Below are positions 11,951 to 24,584 of a DNA stretch of 64,000 nt, one piece after another. Both the position numbers and the translations under genes were made by a program. Positions within the stretch are counted from its first letter, which is position 1. The number at the start of each line of letters is the position of its first letter. Where the stretch lies: the NCBI RefSeq assembly GCF_037042905.1, contig NC_087251.1, forward strand, positions 42,534,001 to 42,598,000, given 5' to 3'. Under the pieces are notes generated by a model that was given only the letters and a program-made list of their open reading frames with translations, ran no database searches and was not told where the DNA came from. The DNA comes from Lytechinus pictus (Eukaryota).

Positions 11951-13662
11951 CACTGGTGTAAATCCGTGTTGATGGCTGGGGGGGATGACTGAAATATTTT
12001 GGCTTTTTTTTTGCAATCATGTTTTTAGATATGCAAGGAATTGTCATTGATATGTCCACAGTGGCGTACCGTGGGTCACGGCATTGGGGAGGGGGCACCA
12101 GCAAAATGTTTGAATCACTGAGTGAGCGCGCTCAGTTGCCAGTTATACTGACCTAATAGAGACACTTTCTGGACAATGTCATTAAACGGATATGCATCTC
12201 ACTGATCAAATAATGCGAGCGCGAAGCGCGAGCTGATTTTTTTTTATATTCACACCTAAAAAGAGACATTATAATCAAATTTGTGTAATCATGATAGGTA
12301 CCTGTCTCGCTAAACAATACGAGCGCGAAGCGCGAGCTGAAGTTTTCGTATATTTTTACCCCAAACAGCGAGATTTTGAGGAATATATTTTAGGAATCCA
12401 TTAAGAGTATGCATATCTCACCATAGTCATCTAATGCGAGTGCCAAGCGCTTGCTGGTTTATAAAAATTACATCTGAACACATGAAACACTTTTTGTAGT
12501 CATTGCAATGATTATCATACGCATCTCATTAATCAAATATTGCGAGCGCGAAGCGCGAGCTGAAAATTTAGACAATTCAGACCTGAAGTGGGGCATTCTA
12601 AGGTTTCTTTGTAGGAATTAACTAGGACCATACGTATTTCAATATCCAAATGATGCGAGCGCGAAGCGCGAGCTGAAAATTTTTGATATTCAGATCAGAA
12701 GAAGGGACATTTTAAGGACTGATTATAGGAATTCATGAAGAGCAGACATATCTCACCAATCCACTTATGCAAACGTAATCAAGGACAGGAAATGTTTCAT
12801 ATATACGAAGACCTTAACATGGGGCAATCACTTTTTGAGTCATGAAAAAGAAACATATGTCACTACATAAAACAATGATAACTCAAGTGCTAGGAAATGT
12901 ATTTGGTTTATATTGACTTGAAAACGGGATGTTTCAGTACAACAAGATTATATATATCGTTAACAGACAATGCAAGCACCAGGAACAATGAAGACGTAGG
13001 CCCTGGGCAAATTATGTTTCATGAAGTTATGATAAAAATATATCTTATGTAATGTAACATAACATAATTATAATATAACATTATAATGAATAATATTTTC
13101 TTCTTTCCCACTATACGCTTCTCTTCCTATCTCCCTCTTTTCTCCTTTTCCCCTTTTTCCCGGTTTTTTTTTTGGTCAGCCGATGGGGGGGGGGCATGTG
13201 CCCCCATCCCCCCCCCCCCCGTAGTCACGCCACTGTATGTACATATGGCAAATACCCCTCCAAAATTATTATCTTTTTTACCCCATGATTGTTTAATGGT
13301 TTTATTAGAGATTACATTAAAAAAGAATTTACATTCCATCTTAGTCCCTTCCCAAAGACCCCAACATTGATGAATTGGAAGAAACGGGAGTTTCTCTTCA
13401 ATGTTATAATAAGGACATAAGTATTTCGTTTGGAAATGGTGAACTGGCTCTTTATTTGCATTTTATGATTCAATAATATTGTTTTGTTTTTTAAGCGGTA
13501 TTTCAGGAAGAATTTTCACCAATAAAACAATTATCTCTTGTGATTTTTTTTCATTTCTTTCGTAAAAAGTGGGGGGGGGGCTGTTTGTACAGGCCATCCC
13601 CCCCTCCTCGAAAAGTGGGGGGGGGATATATCCCCCCATCCCCCCCGGGATTTACGCCAGTG
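11951..13662. mobile_element. hAT-like non-autonomous element
   Basis: TIR CACTGGTGTAAATCC / GGATTTACGCCAGTG; perfect 8-bp TSD CTTGGAGC (11943-11950, 13663-13670). Confidence 0.85.
12059..13235. mobile_element. hAT-like element nested in 11951-13662, with ~110-bp degenerate units containing GCGAGCGCGAAGCGCGAGC
   Basis: TIR CAGTGGCGT / ACGCCACTG; TSD TATGTCCA / TATGTACA (7/8). Confidence 0.8.
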
Positions 13663-15665
13663 CTTGGAGCAGTCTACCAGAAATGTAGATTCATCACCTT
13701 CTGTAAATTCCTTTAAAGAATCGGCTTGATAATCACTGGAAGGATATTGCTTTTGTGTACGACTATGAGTAATGAATTTTATATCGTACCACATGCCACT
13801 TCTAAATCTCCAACATGTCCAAAGCTACCGGGGGCTCTGCCCCATACCCCACGCAGTAGGGGCTCTTCATCTGTAACCTTCAAAGGGCTCTATAACGCCC
13901 CCTGTATGGACCCTTCCTACATTAAGCTTTACGTTCAATCACTGGCTTACGGGGGGTCTTGGTTCCACACCGAAGGGAAAATAAAGATAATAGGCAATTA
14001 CGAAATGAGATGAATGGAAAACAATGAAATATTTTATTTGCTTAATATAAAGTGAAAATCTATCAAATAATTAGAAATTCATTTCAAAAGGCCATTCTTT
14101 CGGGCTAGCTTCCCTCGCTGGCGACTTTTTACAAATTTTCCCACATTATTATGTTGTGACCCCTCAAAATATTTGTTTCATTACGTAACTGCGTTTAATT
14201 AATGTGTTGTGTAAAAGATATATAGGCCTACTGTATATCTGCAATTTGATTAATAATAGCGACAATATGTAAGGTTTAAAATGGCTTTGATATCAAAGCA
14301 TAGCACTAGCGGTTTGGCCATGGCCCCAAAAGTTCTACAACCAAGAAAAAAAAAGGAGGAAAGAAAAGTAAAGAAAAAGTGCAAGATATGATGTTAGGGC
14401 CTATTTACTGAATATAATGTCCTAAATGTCTCAAAAAGATTCTCATAAAAAATGTTTTTTTCTCGCTCGCCCGGGACTTTTATTACGTCGCTCAATAGGG
14501 ACTTTTATTACACAGATTTTTAGTACTGTGCACTACTTTTTTTTTACTCTTCACGCTACCGCCGCATAGATCATCGCGCAAAATGGAATCCTGTTCACTG
14601 TGGCGTACAGACAAAAAAAAGGAAGAGAAGGGTGATAAATTATATCATTTTCTGAATACTATTTTAGTATTTCAAAATCTGTAACAAAAGTTGATTTCTG
14701 TAATAGAAATGACAAAATTTTTGCTCGCTCGCAACTTTTTTTGGGAATAAATTCTGCCCGATATGCCATATCTGGCCCCCTGAATTTGTTTGCCTCATTG
14801 CAAAGCTGCATGTTCATACCATGATTATGACCGGGAAATGTTTCGTTACGCCCCTGCTCCAATTGTTCTTTCCTCTTCCTCCCTCCCCCCCCCCTTTTTT
14901 TTTTTTTTGGGGGGGGGGGAGAGGGGGTCCAGTACGTGCTCACATCCCCATCTATGCGCCATCTTAAGTGCATACTTATTTACTAGTCTGCTGTTCAAAC
15001 CCTTCACTCGAGTTAAGGGTCTGAATGTGCAGCCTACTCTTGCCTTATTTACTGAAGGCCCTCTCGCTCAGGATGGAAACAGCAAGTTTTATGTGTGCTA
15101 GTCTTTGCGTGGATCTGGAGACACACTTGCTGATCAAAGTTTCAATCAGGGTCTGTGTCTGCAGACTAAACATCAAGTTTTGAATATGCTAGTATTTGCG
15201 TGGAGACACACCTGCTGATCAAAGTTTCAATCTGGGTCTGTGCCTGCAGACTACTTATTTACCTTGATAAGAACTTCATGATACATGTAGTAATGGTGAT
15301 GATGGTGATAATGATGATAATAATGATAATAACAATAAACACTAATGATGATATTGATAACAATGATGATGATGATGATGATAATAATACGATTTTCTAT
15401 AGCTCAGCCACTTTAAAAATATACTCGTCCGTCATGTGTTTTGATGCAAAATAACATACTATAGCAGTAATATAATTTTTTTGGGGGGAATTCGGTACTT
15501 CTCAGGCCAACATATATCCAGGAAATTCCACCGGGTCAATGATCGAAACCACCCCCTCCCCCCCTTTTTTTTTTTTTTGCTAGCTAATCGATATCATACA
15601 TGTTTACAAGTATAGACCTATATATACTGTAGGTCCTACATTCTTGGACTATGCATAAAACTCAC

Positions 15666-15786
15666 CATATCCTCTGTGTTCCAAGTCATTCTGAGATTCC
15701 TTATTTGGATATGAAATACTGACATAGGTGTTCGGGAGTAGAAATATCGCCTTGGGTTTCCAATGCGTGCCCTTTCCATGGGCCAT
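15666..15786 (-). CDS. first coding exon of the EEP-domain gene
   Basis: CAAT-ATG-G start; MAHGKGTHWKPKAIFLLPNTYVSISYPNKESQNDLEHRGY(G); donor G|GTGAGT at 15665, phase 1, matching the acceptor at 10020; in-frame TGA ~95 nt upstream. Confidence 0.65.
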
Positions 15787-17104
15787 ATTGAGATTCACAC
15801 AACACAGTGATTCACAATACAGTGATTCTGTCCCGGGATTCTGACAAGTTTTTTTATTATGTTTGGACGCCCACGAATATCAGGAACTCCCTGCGAATAT
15901 CAAACAGAAAGTGCAGGTCCGTGCACAAACATACCCACAATGTACACAGCTTTATACCATCTCTAAAATGATATAAGCAGCTAGTACAAGTTGACAATAT
16001 TTCCTGCCAAACTTGTTTTTCCTCAATTGAAGTGGGCGGAGTCCTGTATCTAACATTGCGCAACAGGGGGCCTATATACCGTGTCTTGTATTTCCGGATG
16101 CCATGCAGTGCTTCGATTTCATGACTTTATTGCCTTGTATGTAAATTGAAATATACGGCACCAAAACCCATATTATATTACAGGCCTACATGCAAGATCG
16201 CTCCCAATGTCAGTTGGATAGTTCAAGTTTCAAGTTTCAAAATTTATTGATCAAAATCCACACATAATGGATCGATCATTCTCAATTTTACAAACAAACA
16301 CTTATGTTGCTTATATTGACAATTACAGTGAGACACAAAGTTACAAATCAAATATACAAATATATAAATAAATATAAATACGAAATGCAGAGAGAGAGAT
16401 ATAGAGAGAGAAATATAGAGGGCCCCTTACAGATAGCAGTTATAGAAACATTAAAAATACTGAGGTCACATTCTTGAAAAATTATGGTTAACAATTTTCA
16501 TGTTGAACCCTAAAACATATTCGATACGTATTCAAATCAATAATTGACCTCTTATAGCATAGGTAAAATTATATGGTTTTTTTGGCACGATTTTTAAATA
16601 TGTAAATTATACTAAGCTCAAATCAAATTAAATATATTTTAATAAAACAGCCTATCAAAAGGATGATAATTATCACGGGTGGGAGGAGTGAGAGTCTGCA
16701 GTGCGGGGCAGGAGCCCCATCACATCCCTAAATAAAATAAAGGTTGCAAAGGAAAAATGTTTTTCAATTTTAAGACTCGGAAATAAACAGAAATATCGTA
16801 GTTAAATCGTTTATAATACTGGTTGACGCTCAAATGGTATAATAATTCAAAATAACTAAGATTTGCTGATGAATATTTGAAGAGGAACAACAATGACGTA
16901 GCATAATTTCATTATAGTGACACCGTAGGAAGCTTGGAGAGAAAAGTAACATAATAACAATAATGACAACTAAGCCTTTACCAGACTAACAGCAAAATCT
17001 AAAGGTTTAGTTTTTATCTCTTATCCCTATTCAGGTGAAAAACAAATATGGTTAAGGGTGATTATGAAGTCATTACTTATTATTTTCTAAAAGCTCCAGA
17101 CGTT

Positions 17105-17440
17105 TATAAATAAATAATAATAAATAATAAAGAGTATTTCTAAAGCGCCAAATCCACATTAATTATGTGCTCAAGGCGTTATCACACATTGCACTAAATT
17201 ACGTTTAACTCTATTTTGGAGTTTGACATCATTAGTTTAAATTTCTCTTTGTTGTTTAAGCTTTGGAAATCGGGTAGTATGTCATGTAATTTAGAATATA
17301 ATTCCAGCCTGGGATCATGTTTAATAGCTCCATGCTGGGATCATTTAAACATGAGCAGGTGTCAAGGAAGTGAAGTTCATCCTCTACACCAGACTTGCAT
17401 AGAGGACACATTCTTTCTTCTGGTTTCAGTTTCTTGTATC
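17105..17440 (-). mobile_element. possible LINE 3' remnant with (TAT)n tail
   Basis: Minus-strand translation ...ILPDFQSLNNKEKFKLMMSN resembles LINE ORF2 C-termini, with stops upstream; AAT repeats at 17107-17131. Confidence 0.35.
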
Positions 17441-17499
17441 GCTATAGGCCGGATTGAGGCCGGCTTTGCCCCCCTCCCGCGGATCAGCCAGTGGATTAA

Positions 17500-18660
17500 A
17501 GGGTACTCCAGGCTGAAAATAATGTGATTCGAACAGATAAAGAAAAAACAGACAAACAAAACACTGAAACCCTTATCAAAATCGGACAAGGAATAACAAA
17601 GTTATAAAAATATTTGCAGTGAGAAATCTGATGATGTCATATCCCCATTGTTCTTTTGTATTTTATTACATTATATTGTGTTTCTTTTCTTCAAATTTTG
17701 TCCTCCAATAATTAAAAAAATTGATTGACCATAGATTTATTGCATTAGATATTTATTACTGCAAGTCTGCAACTCATTATTATATAAGGGAGATTATCAA
17801 ACACACATGTATAAAATGTGAAATAGTTATGATTTCATGTAATATTTAAAGGTCAAGTCCATCCCATAAAAATGCTGGTTTGTATTGATAAAGAAAAATC
17901 ATAAAACCTAGCATTAAAAACTTTCATCCAAATTGCATGTGAAATAAGAAATTTTCACAAAACAATTATATGCACCACTTAGTGCTATGCAAATAATAGA
18001 GTCAATGATGTCCCTCACTCACTGTTTCTTTTGTTTTTACTGTTTAAATTATACAATATTTCATTTTTTTACAGATTTGGCAGTAATGGCCAACTTGACT
18101 GAACCACAAAATGTTTAAATAATTGTATTCCACGTTTCATGGAGGAATAGGATTGAAATATATTTCGTATTTTGTATTATAAAATACAAAAGAAATACTA
18201 TAGTGATCGAGTGCGGGAGTGAGTGATGTCATCACTTCCCTAATTTGCATACCGTCCAGGGTGTGCATATAACTGTTTTGTGAAATTAAGCGAAACTTAA
18301 AATGGCACAACTTTCTTATTTCACATCCCGGCGATTTAGATAAAATGTTCAGTGTTTGTGGTTGTTGCATATTTCCCTTTATTTATTCAAATTAAAATTT
18401 TGTTGGGGTAGACTTGTCCTTTGAGAAAAAGAAAAGTGGAGACATGATCGACATGCATCAGCCCACATACATGACATAATAAATATTCACGACGACGTGC
18501 ATATAATTGTTTTCACAAAATAGTGCTGAACTTTAAAATTCAATAACTTGTCAGATTATCCGATTATTATGAAATTTTAAGCATTTTTGCATTGTGATTT
18601 TTTTCTCTACTTATTTAGATATATACTGTATGTAATTATTTTTAAGCCCGGATTACACCT
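17500..18660. mobile_element. TTAA-type (Kolobok-like) element with a related element nested at 17850-18420
   Basis: Outer TTAA|AGGGTACTCCAGGCT ... AGCCCGGATTACACCT|TTCA; inner TTAA|AGGTCAAGTCCATCCC ... GGGGTAGACTTGTCCT|TTGA. Confidence 0.7.
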
Positions 18661-19383
18661 TTCATAACAATAAAACGAAAATATTATATGATAATGAATA
18701 CAATAGCAATAATAAAAATGATCATGATGATGATGGTGATAATAATAATAATAATAACAACAACAATAATGATTATTATTATTATAACACTATAATGAAA
18801 CAATAACTATAATGATAATCATAAAAATGATTATGACATTTATTTCTTCTCTTTTTTGCCCTTTTTATATCGCTTTGTTTCTGATTTTCTGTTTTCTTAA
18901 TTTCTAGATCTCGATGTGCATATACTGCGAGACATAATATGCAGCAGGTTCTTTTCCTTCTTCTACCACCCTCTTTTATTCCCCCCCCCCCCCGGCCTTC
19001 TCCCTTCTCACCGACGAGCGTGCGAGCCGACTGATGAAGAATATTAACATGAAAAAAAAAGACCGAACATCGGGGGGGGGGGGGGGGTGACAGCCCCAAA
19101 TAGAAATGTCTAGAGGCTGCTTGCCTCTTTGTTGTTTGATAACATTCTGAAGCCCTTGAACCTTACCTTTGTTGTTTTGGAAGCCACTATTAAATATATA
19201 TTTATGTCGAATTATTAAGGTGATTTTTATCGCTTGTTTGATTTTACCAAAATTATGGATGTAAGATGGTACCGTTACTTAAAGCGAATGACGAACCTTA
19301 TTTCAATTTCAGACTAACGGACCTTCGGAATAACGAACCTCGTTTCATTCTTGGAAAGACGAAAGTTTGAATTAAAAAATATA

Positions 19384-19982
19384 CAGTGCGTATCAAAACA
19401 GTTTACACTTAGAAAATATTGCAGTAGAATTATATATTTGTAATATCCTGAAGCTTTTCCCACGATTAAACATTGATCAAATGACGATATTATCGAAAAA
19501 TGTTGACATATATTGTTGGGAGCTAATAGTGAATGGATGAGAAAGACTGGAGATGTCTGAAATAAACTTTTGTTTACATTCAGTTATGTCTTCAGATCCA
19601 GACGGCACAAAAAGGGTAAAGGTTATGCTTACCCCCAGTTGAAATGTTAGTATGGGTGGCAAAGTTATTGTTATAAAATGTTTGAATTTATCTGTTTTAT
19701 TTCATTTTGCTAAAAATGCGAAATGTATGAGAAAATGTACCGCACGGTCCGTTTGTTTTCGCCTTATTTCCTTGACACAGCGTGAAAATGAGCATATCTG
19801 CGCAAACCGATTTCTGCGATCTTTACAGAACTGATGGACGTGTGCTCATCACTCTGTCGACATTTTTACTTTCATTTGATAGATGAGACCCAAGAATATA
19901 TGTGAAAAAAATATCCCCATGTTGTATATTTTTCAATTCCCAAGACTTTTTCAGAGTGTAAACTTTTTATTGATACGCACTG
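19384..19982. mobile_element. Tc1/mariner-like MITE
   Basis: TA|CAGTGCGTATCAA..AGTTTACACT ... AGTGTAAACT..TTGATACGCACTG|TA. Confidence 0.8.
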
Positions 19983-20020
19983 TATATTCGGAATAATGAA
20001 TCTTCTGGACAATGCCACAA

Positions 20021-20623
20021 ATTAATGTTCCGATGTCCACCCCTGAAAGCGTTGATTTGAATCGATATAGAAAAAAGAAAACAGCTAGCATAAGCGCTAA
20101 AAATTTCATCAAAGTCGGATGTAAAATACGAAAGTTGTGACATTTCGAAGTTTCGAGTATTTTTCACCAAAAAATTATATGCACACTCAGTGACATGCAA
20201 ATGAGACAGTCGATGATGTCCCTCAGGCTCACTATTTCTTTGATTTTTATTGCTTGAATTATACAATATTTAATTTTTTACAGATTTGACAAGAAGGACC
20301 AAATTGACAGAGACATAAATTATAGAACCTTGCTAATTCTACATGTTCAGGGAGTTGTTTCACTTGACAATGAGGAAAAAATTAGAATATTTCAGAATAC
20401 AAAAGAAATAGTGAGTGGATGACGTCACCAGTCTCCTCATTTGCATACTGAACAAGATGTGCATATAACTGTTTTTTTTTATCAAGCGAAACTTTAGAAT
20501 GTCATAACTTTCGTATTTTACTTCCGATTTTGATGAAATTTTCAGTGTTATGCTTGTTGCATTTATTTATCTCTTTTTCTTTAAATCAACTTTTTGTTGG
20601 GGTGGACTTGTCTTGTTCTTTAA
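20021..20623. mobile_element. TTAA-type (Kolobok-like) element, degenerate
   Basis: Body similar to 10592-11169 and 56892-57500; ends GTCCACCCC / GGGGTGGACTTGTC. Confidence 0.65.
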
Positions 20624-22036
20624 CCCCGTCATTCCAACAAATCCAATTTGTTTTAACTTTTTTTGAAACTGTTAAAACCTTTTAAACAACTTGTTTAAAA
20701 ATTTTAAACAATATTTGTTAGATTGACGGGCTAAACAACGTACTTAAAATTTTAAACAGCGTTTTTTACAGTGTGGAAAAGACACAGAAGTGTATGACCG
20801 TTTTGTCGGCCGTATATTGCTGCCCTCTACGTTGGTTGGTTGCAAGATGCCTGCAATGCACAACAAATCAATGACAAGTTTCAAAGAAAACGCGGGAGGA
20901 GGAAGTTCCCTAATTCATCTTTGCTAAACTCTACATTAACCTTCTTCAGGATCAGGTTTGTTAATTAATCGTATTCAAAGAAAAGTAGGGAATCTAATCG
21001 ATGCCGATTGTATACATTTTAACAATTTTTATTACTTTCCATGACCATGATGATGACAGATTCTTGATTGGAAAATTCGACATCGACTCTGCGCGAGTCA
21101 GCTCGGTCCCAGACGTACACTTTCAAGTTAGTTGCCCATGCTGTCTGTAGTGGTTTCTCGAGACTTGAGTTGAGTTGAATGAAATGAAACCACCCTCCTC
21201 CTCATCTGAGTCCAAGGATTCCTAGCTCCTGGCCAGGGGCAGGGCCAGTGTCATGGTCAAGTTGGCCTTGTTCATGGTTATTCTACTTTTTCATGGTTAA
21301 AAGGCTACAGTAATAATATTGACTTGTGCATCACTACTGCATGCATGTTGCCAGGAAAAAATCATTTAGATTTACTAACGAGTAACGTATGCTTACTCTC
21401 GGCCACGGAGCTAGGGGCGCTAGTGTAGTTTCGCACCTCCCCGTTTAATCTCACCCTAAATAATTCACAACCTAAAATACTTGCATCTGATCCTCCAAAG
21501 TCCAGTAGAAGTTGAATATTTGCCGTTTTGACACTTTTTTTTACAAAGTTTTACACCTATTTCGGAATCACTCGGTCGCTTGAAGCTCAGCGCTGCACAT
21601 AAGCAGTCGGTACGCGTACAGTACGTACCACCTAGTGAAGTGCAAGAAGAGCGAGTTTTTCTATGGTATCTTCAAAAAGATTTTTCCCCCTCTTTCAGCT
21701 TGCACCAAGTATTACGGTAGTGGTTGTGCAGAGTGGTTGATGTTTGTTGTGTGAAGGTGTGTGTGGGGTGTGCGTGTGTGTGCTTGTTTGAATGAAATAA
21801 GAAATGTGAAAAATGTGAATACACGTAGATTTAGCGATGAAATAAGAAATAATAATGTAGAGCCTTGTTTTGAACTCTAGGTCAGAGAACTTTCCTTCAG
21901 TTTACAATTGTATGCTATGTTGATTTCATGCTAGTAGATTACATTTTTCAATTTTTCACATGCCGTACCATCTCCATCCATACCACCTGGGACATGCAAT
22001 GTACATTTCATCCTTTTGTTTGCATGCGCATACACT

Positions 22037-24584
22037 CATGGGCGGAAATCCCAGGGGGGGGGGGGGACAGGGGGGACGTGTCTCCCCTACTCAAAATAGT
22101 AGAGGGGACACAATATAAAATGTCCCCCTACTATTTTTGGTCTTTTATGATGGTAAGAAATACATCATTATAAATCGAAATAAAACATGTATTTTGGGAC
22201 GAGATGACCTTACTTTGGCGATGATAACCTTTTTTTTTGCTTGTCAAATTTTGGTTTTTAAAAAGTGCTCTGTAAAAATGTCAGTTTTATGGTCTGAACT
22301 TGCGCTGCGCTCGCAAATTTTGATTTATCAGGTACCTATTATTTTCGTGTATTCCATAAAGTTTTCAAAATATCCCTTTTCAGGTCTGATTGCCAAGACG
22401 TATCAGCTAGCGGGCTGCACGCTCGCATTTCGATTGGCGAGTTATATAAATGTTTCAATATAGATTATACAACAAACTACTTAAAATCCCCTTTTCATGA
22501 CAGTTTATAAAAAATTTTAGCTCGCGATTTGCGCTCGCATTAATGGTTAAAAATATATTAACTGATGCATCCTATTCATAATCACAAAAGTGAAATGTCC
22601 AGTTTTTATGCCATTATATCATCAGATTTCGCGCGCTCGCATTTTTTGATCGTTGAAATATGTAACGCCTTCATGGTAAGTGCAAGCAATCCTTAACAGG
22701 TACCTTTTCAACAGGTACCAGTTCAAAACGTATATAAAAATTGTGAACATGTCCAAAAAAATTCAGATCGCGCTTCGCGCTCGCATTATTAATACTCACC
22801 CTTTTCAGGATATACAAAACATGAATAGAGTGTCTCGTTCAGTAAATATTATAGGACTAAATCTCGAAATTTTCCGCTCGCGCTACGCGCTCGCATTAAT
22901 TGATTACTTATATACCTATTCTGCTTGAGTTACAAAAAGTGCTTAGAATTTCCATTCTTTAGGTGAACAAGTCCAAAAAAAATCAGCTCGCGCTTTGCGC
23001 TCGCATTATTTGATTGTTAAATGCTACTTTAACAGGTATCTTTTCCATCAGTTCATTTCTGCTCGCGCTTTGCGTTTGTAGTAATTATTAAGTTGCATAC
23101 ACATCTTTTTAGGATAACAAACATTGCCCAGAATCAGTTCAAATTTTAGGAAAAAAATACATAACATTTCAAAAAAAAATTAGCTCGCGGTTCGCGCTCG
23201 CATCATATAAATAAGGATTATGATATTATATATTTATTTATAAGAATAAAGCTAAGAAGTGACTAATGAGGACTACCCCTTCAAAGAAACAAACAAAAAT
23301 CATCTTCGAGCTGCCAATCGGGGAAAATATGGCTGAAACAAATTACCGCCCCCCCCCCCCTATTGGCGAAGGCTGGATCCGCCCCTGTGTCCCCCCTACC
23401 TTTTGGGAGAGATTTCCGCCCCTGAAGGTGGATATGGATCGAACTTTAAAAAAGAGCTAAAATTTTCATTATTATTACTTTGAGTTTTGACATAGGACCG
23501 GGACATCCTTACGACATGTCATGAAAATGATGACTATCTTCCTATTCCTCTTGCTAAGCGCGAGATGAAACAAAAGTGACAATTTAATTATTAAATTAAT
23601 ATCATATTTATTAATGCCTAATGAGAACGCGAAATCTGATGATATTATGGCATAAAAACTGGACATTTCACCTTTGTAATCATGAATAGGATGCATCAGT
23701 TAATATATTTTTAACCATTAATGCGAGCGCAAATCACGAGCTAGAATTTTTTATAAACTGTCATGAAAAGGGGATTTTAAGTAGTTTGTTGTATAATCTA
23801 TATTGAAACATTTATATAACTCGCCAATCGAAATGCGAGCGTGCAGCCAGCTAGCTGATACGTCTTGGCAATCAGACCTGAAAAGGGATATTTTGAAAAC
23901 TTTATGGAATACACGAAAATAATAGGTACCTGATAAATCAAAATTTGCGAGCACGCAGCGCAAGCAGCAAATGTTGATAAAATTATTCAGACCATATAAC
24001 TGACATTTTTACAGAGCACTTTTTAAAAATAAATTTGTAAATCACACAAAATAATGAAAGTTCGATTTCCGAGGTGAAATATGTTTTGTATATTGACTCC
24101 CAAACCTGATATTTGAGCTCCATATTGAACAAGATATGTAAATCACCTAACAGGCAATGCGAGCGCGAAGCGCGAGCGAAAATTTTATATAGTGGCACGA
24201 AAGATTCTTTTTATTTTCCAAGTCTTCCCCTCATCTTATTTTATGCATTCGTCGTCCTTCTCTTCCTTTTCTCCTCTCTTTTCCCTCCTTTTTTCCTTTT
24301 TTCTTTCCCTTTTTTTCTTGTTTTGCTCCGCCAATAGGGGGGGGGGGGGGCCTCGGCCCCCCTGGATCCGCCTATGGGGACAAGGGGCGGGAAAATTTGA
24401 CAAGCAAAAAAAAAGGTTATCATCCCCACAGTACGGTCATCTCGTCTAAACTCGTCCCAAAATACATGTTTTATTTCGATTTAGAATGATGTATTTCTTA
24501 CCATCATAAAAGACAAAAAATAGTAGGGGGGACATTTGATATTGTGTCCCCCCCCCCCTTTCCCCCTTGGGATTTCCGCCCATG
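22037..24584. mobile_element. composite hAT-like non-autonomous element inserted in the left Merlin TIR
   Basis: TIR CATGGGCGGAAATCCC / GGGATTTCCGCCCATG; perfect TSD CATACACT (22029-22036, 24585-24592); uninterrupted site visible in the right TIR at 30384-30391. Confidence 0.9.

Larger units (their letters stand above)
10170..13750 (+). mobile_element. decayed CR1-type LINE reverse transcriptase, interrupted by two insertions, antisense in an intron
   Basis: Motifs NYRPVSLT, QHGF, DFMKAFDTVPH, GIPQG, NDLP..IKLFADDTKLY (11167+), ESVQRRATKLIP; C-terminus resumes after 13670; many frameshifts. Confidence 0.85.

Noticed and set aside
12120..12680. CRISPR-like appearance of palindromic 19-mers with spacers (also the 156-bp array)
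   Set aside because: Eukaryotic context, no cas genes, spacers ~90-100 bp and related to each other, all inside TIR elements
15857..16063. 68-aa minus-strand ORF near the first coding exon
   Set aside because: Not in the exon's reading frame, TTG start, no recognisable similarity; may be UTR or intron
20818..20835. CTCF-like motif (CTGCCCTCTAC)
   Set aside because: Partial match only; cannot be supported without a PWM scan or ChIP data
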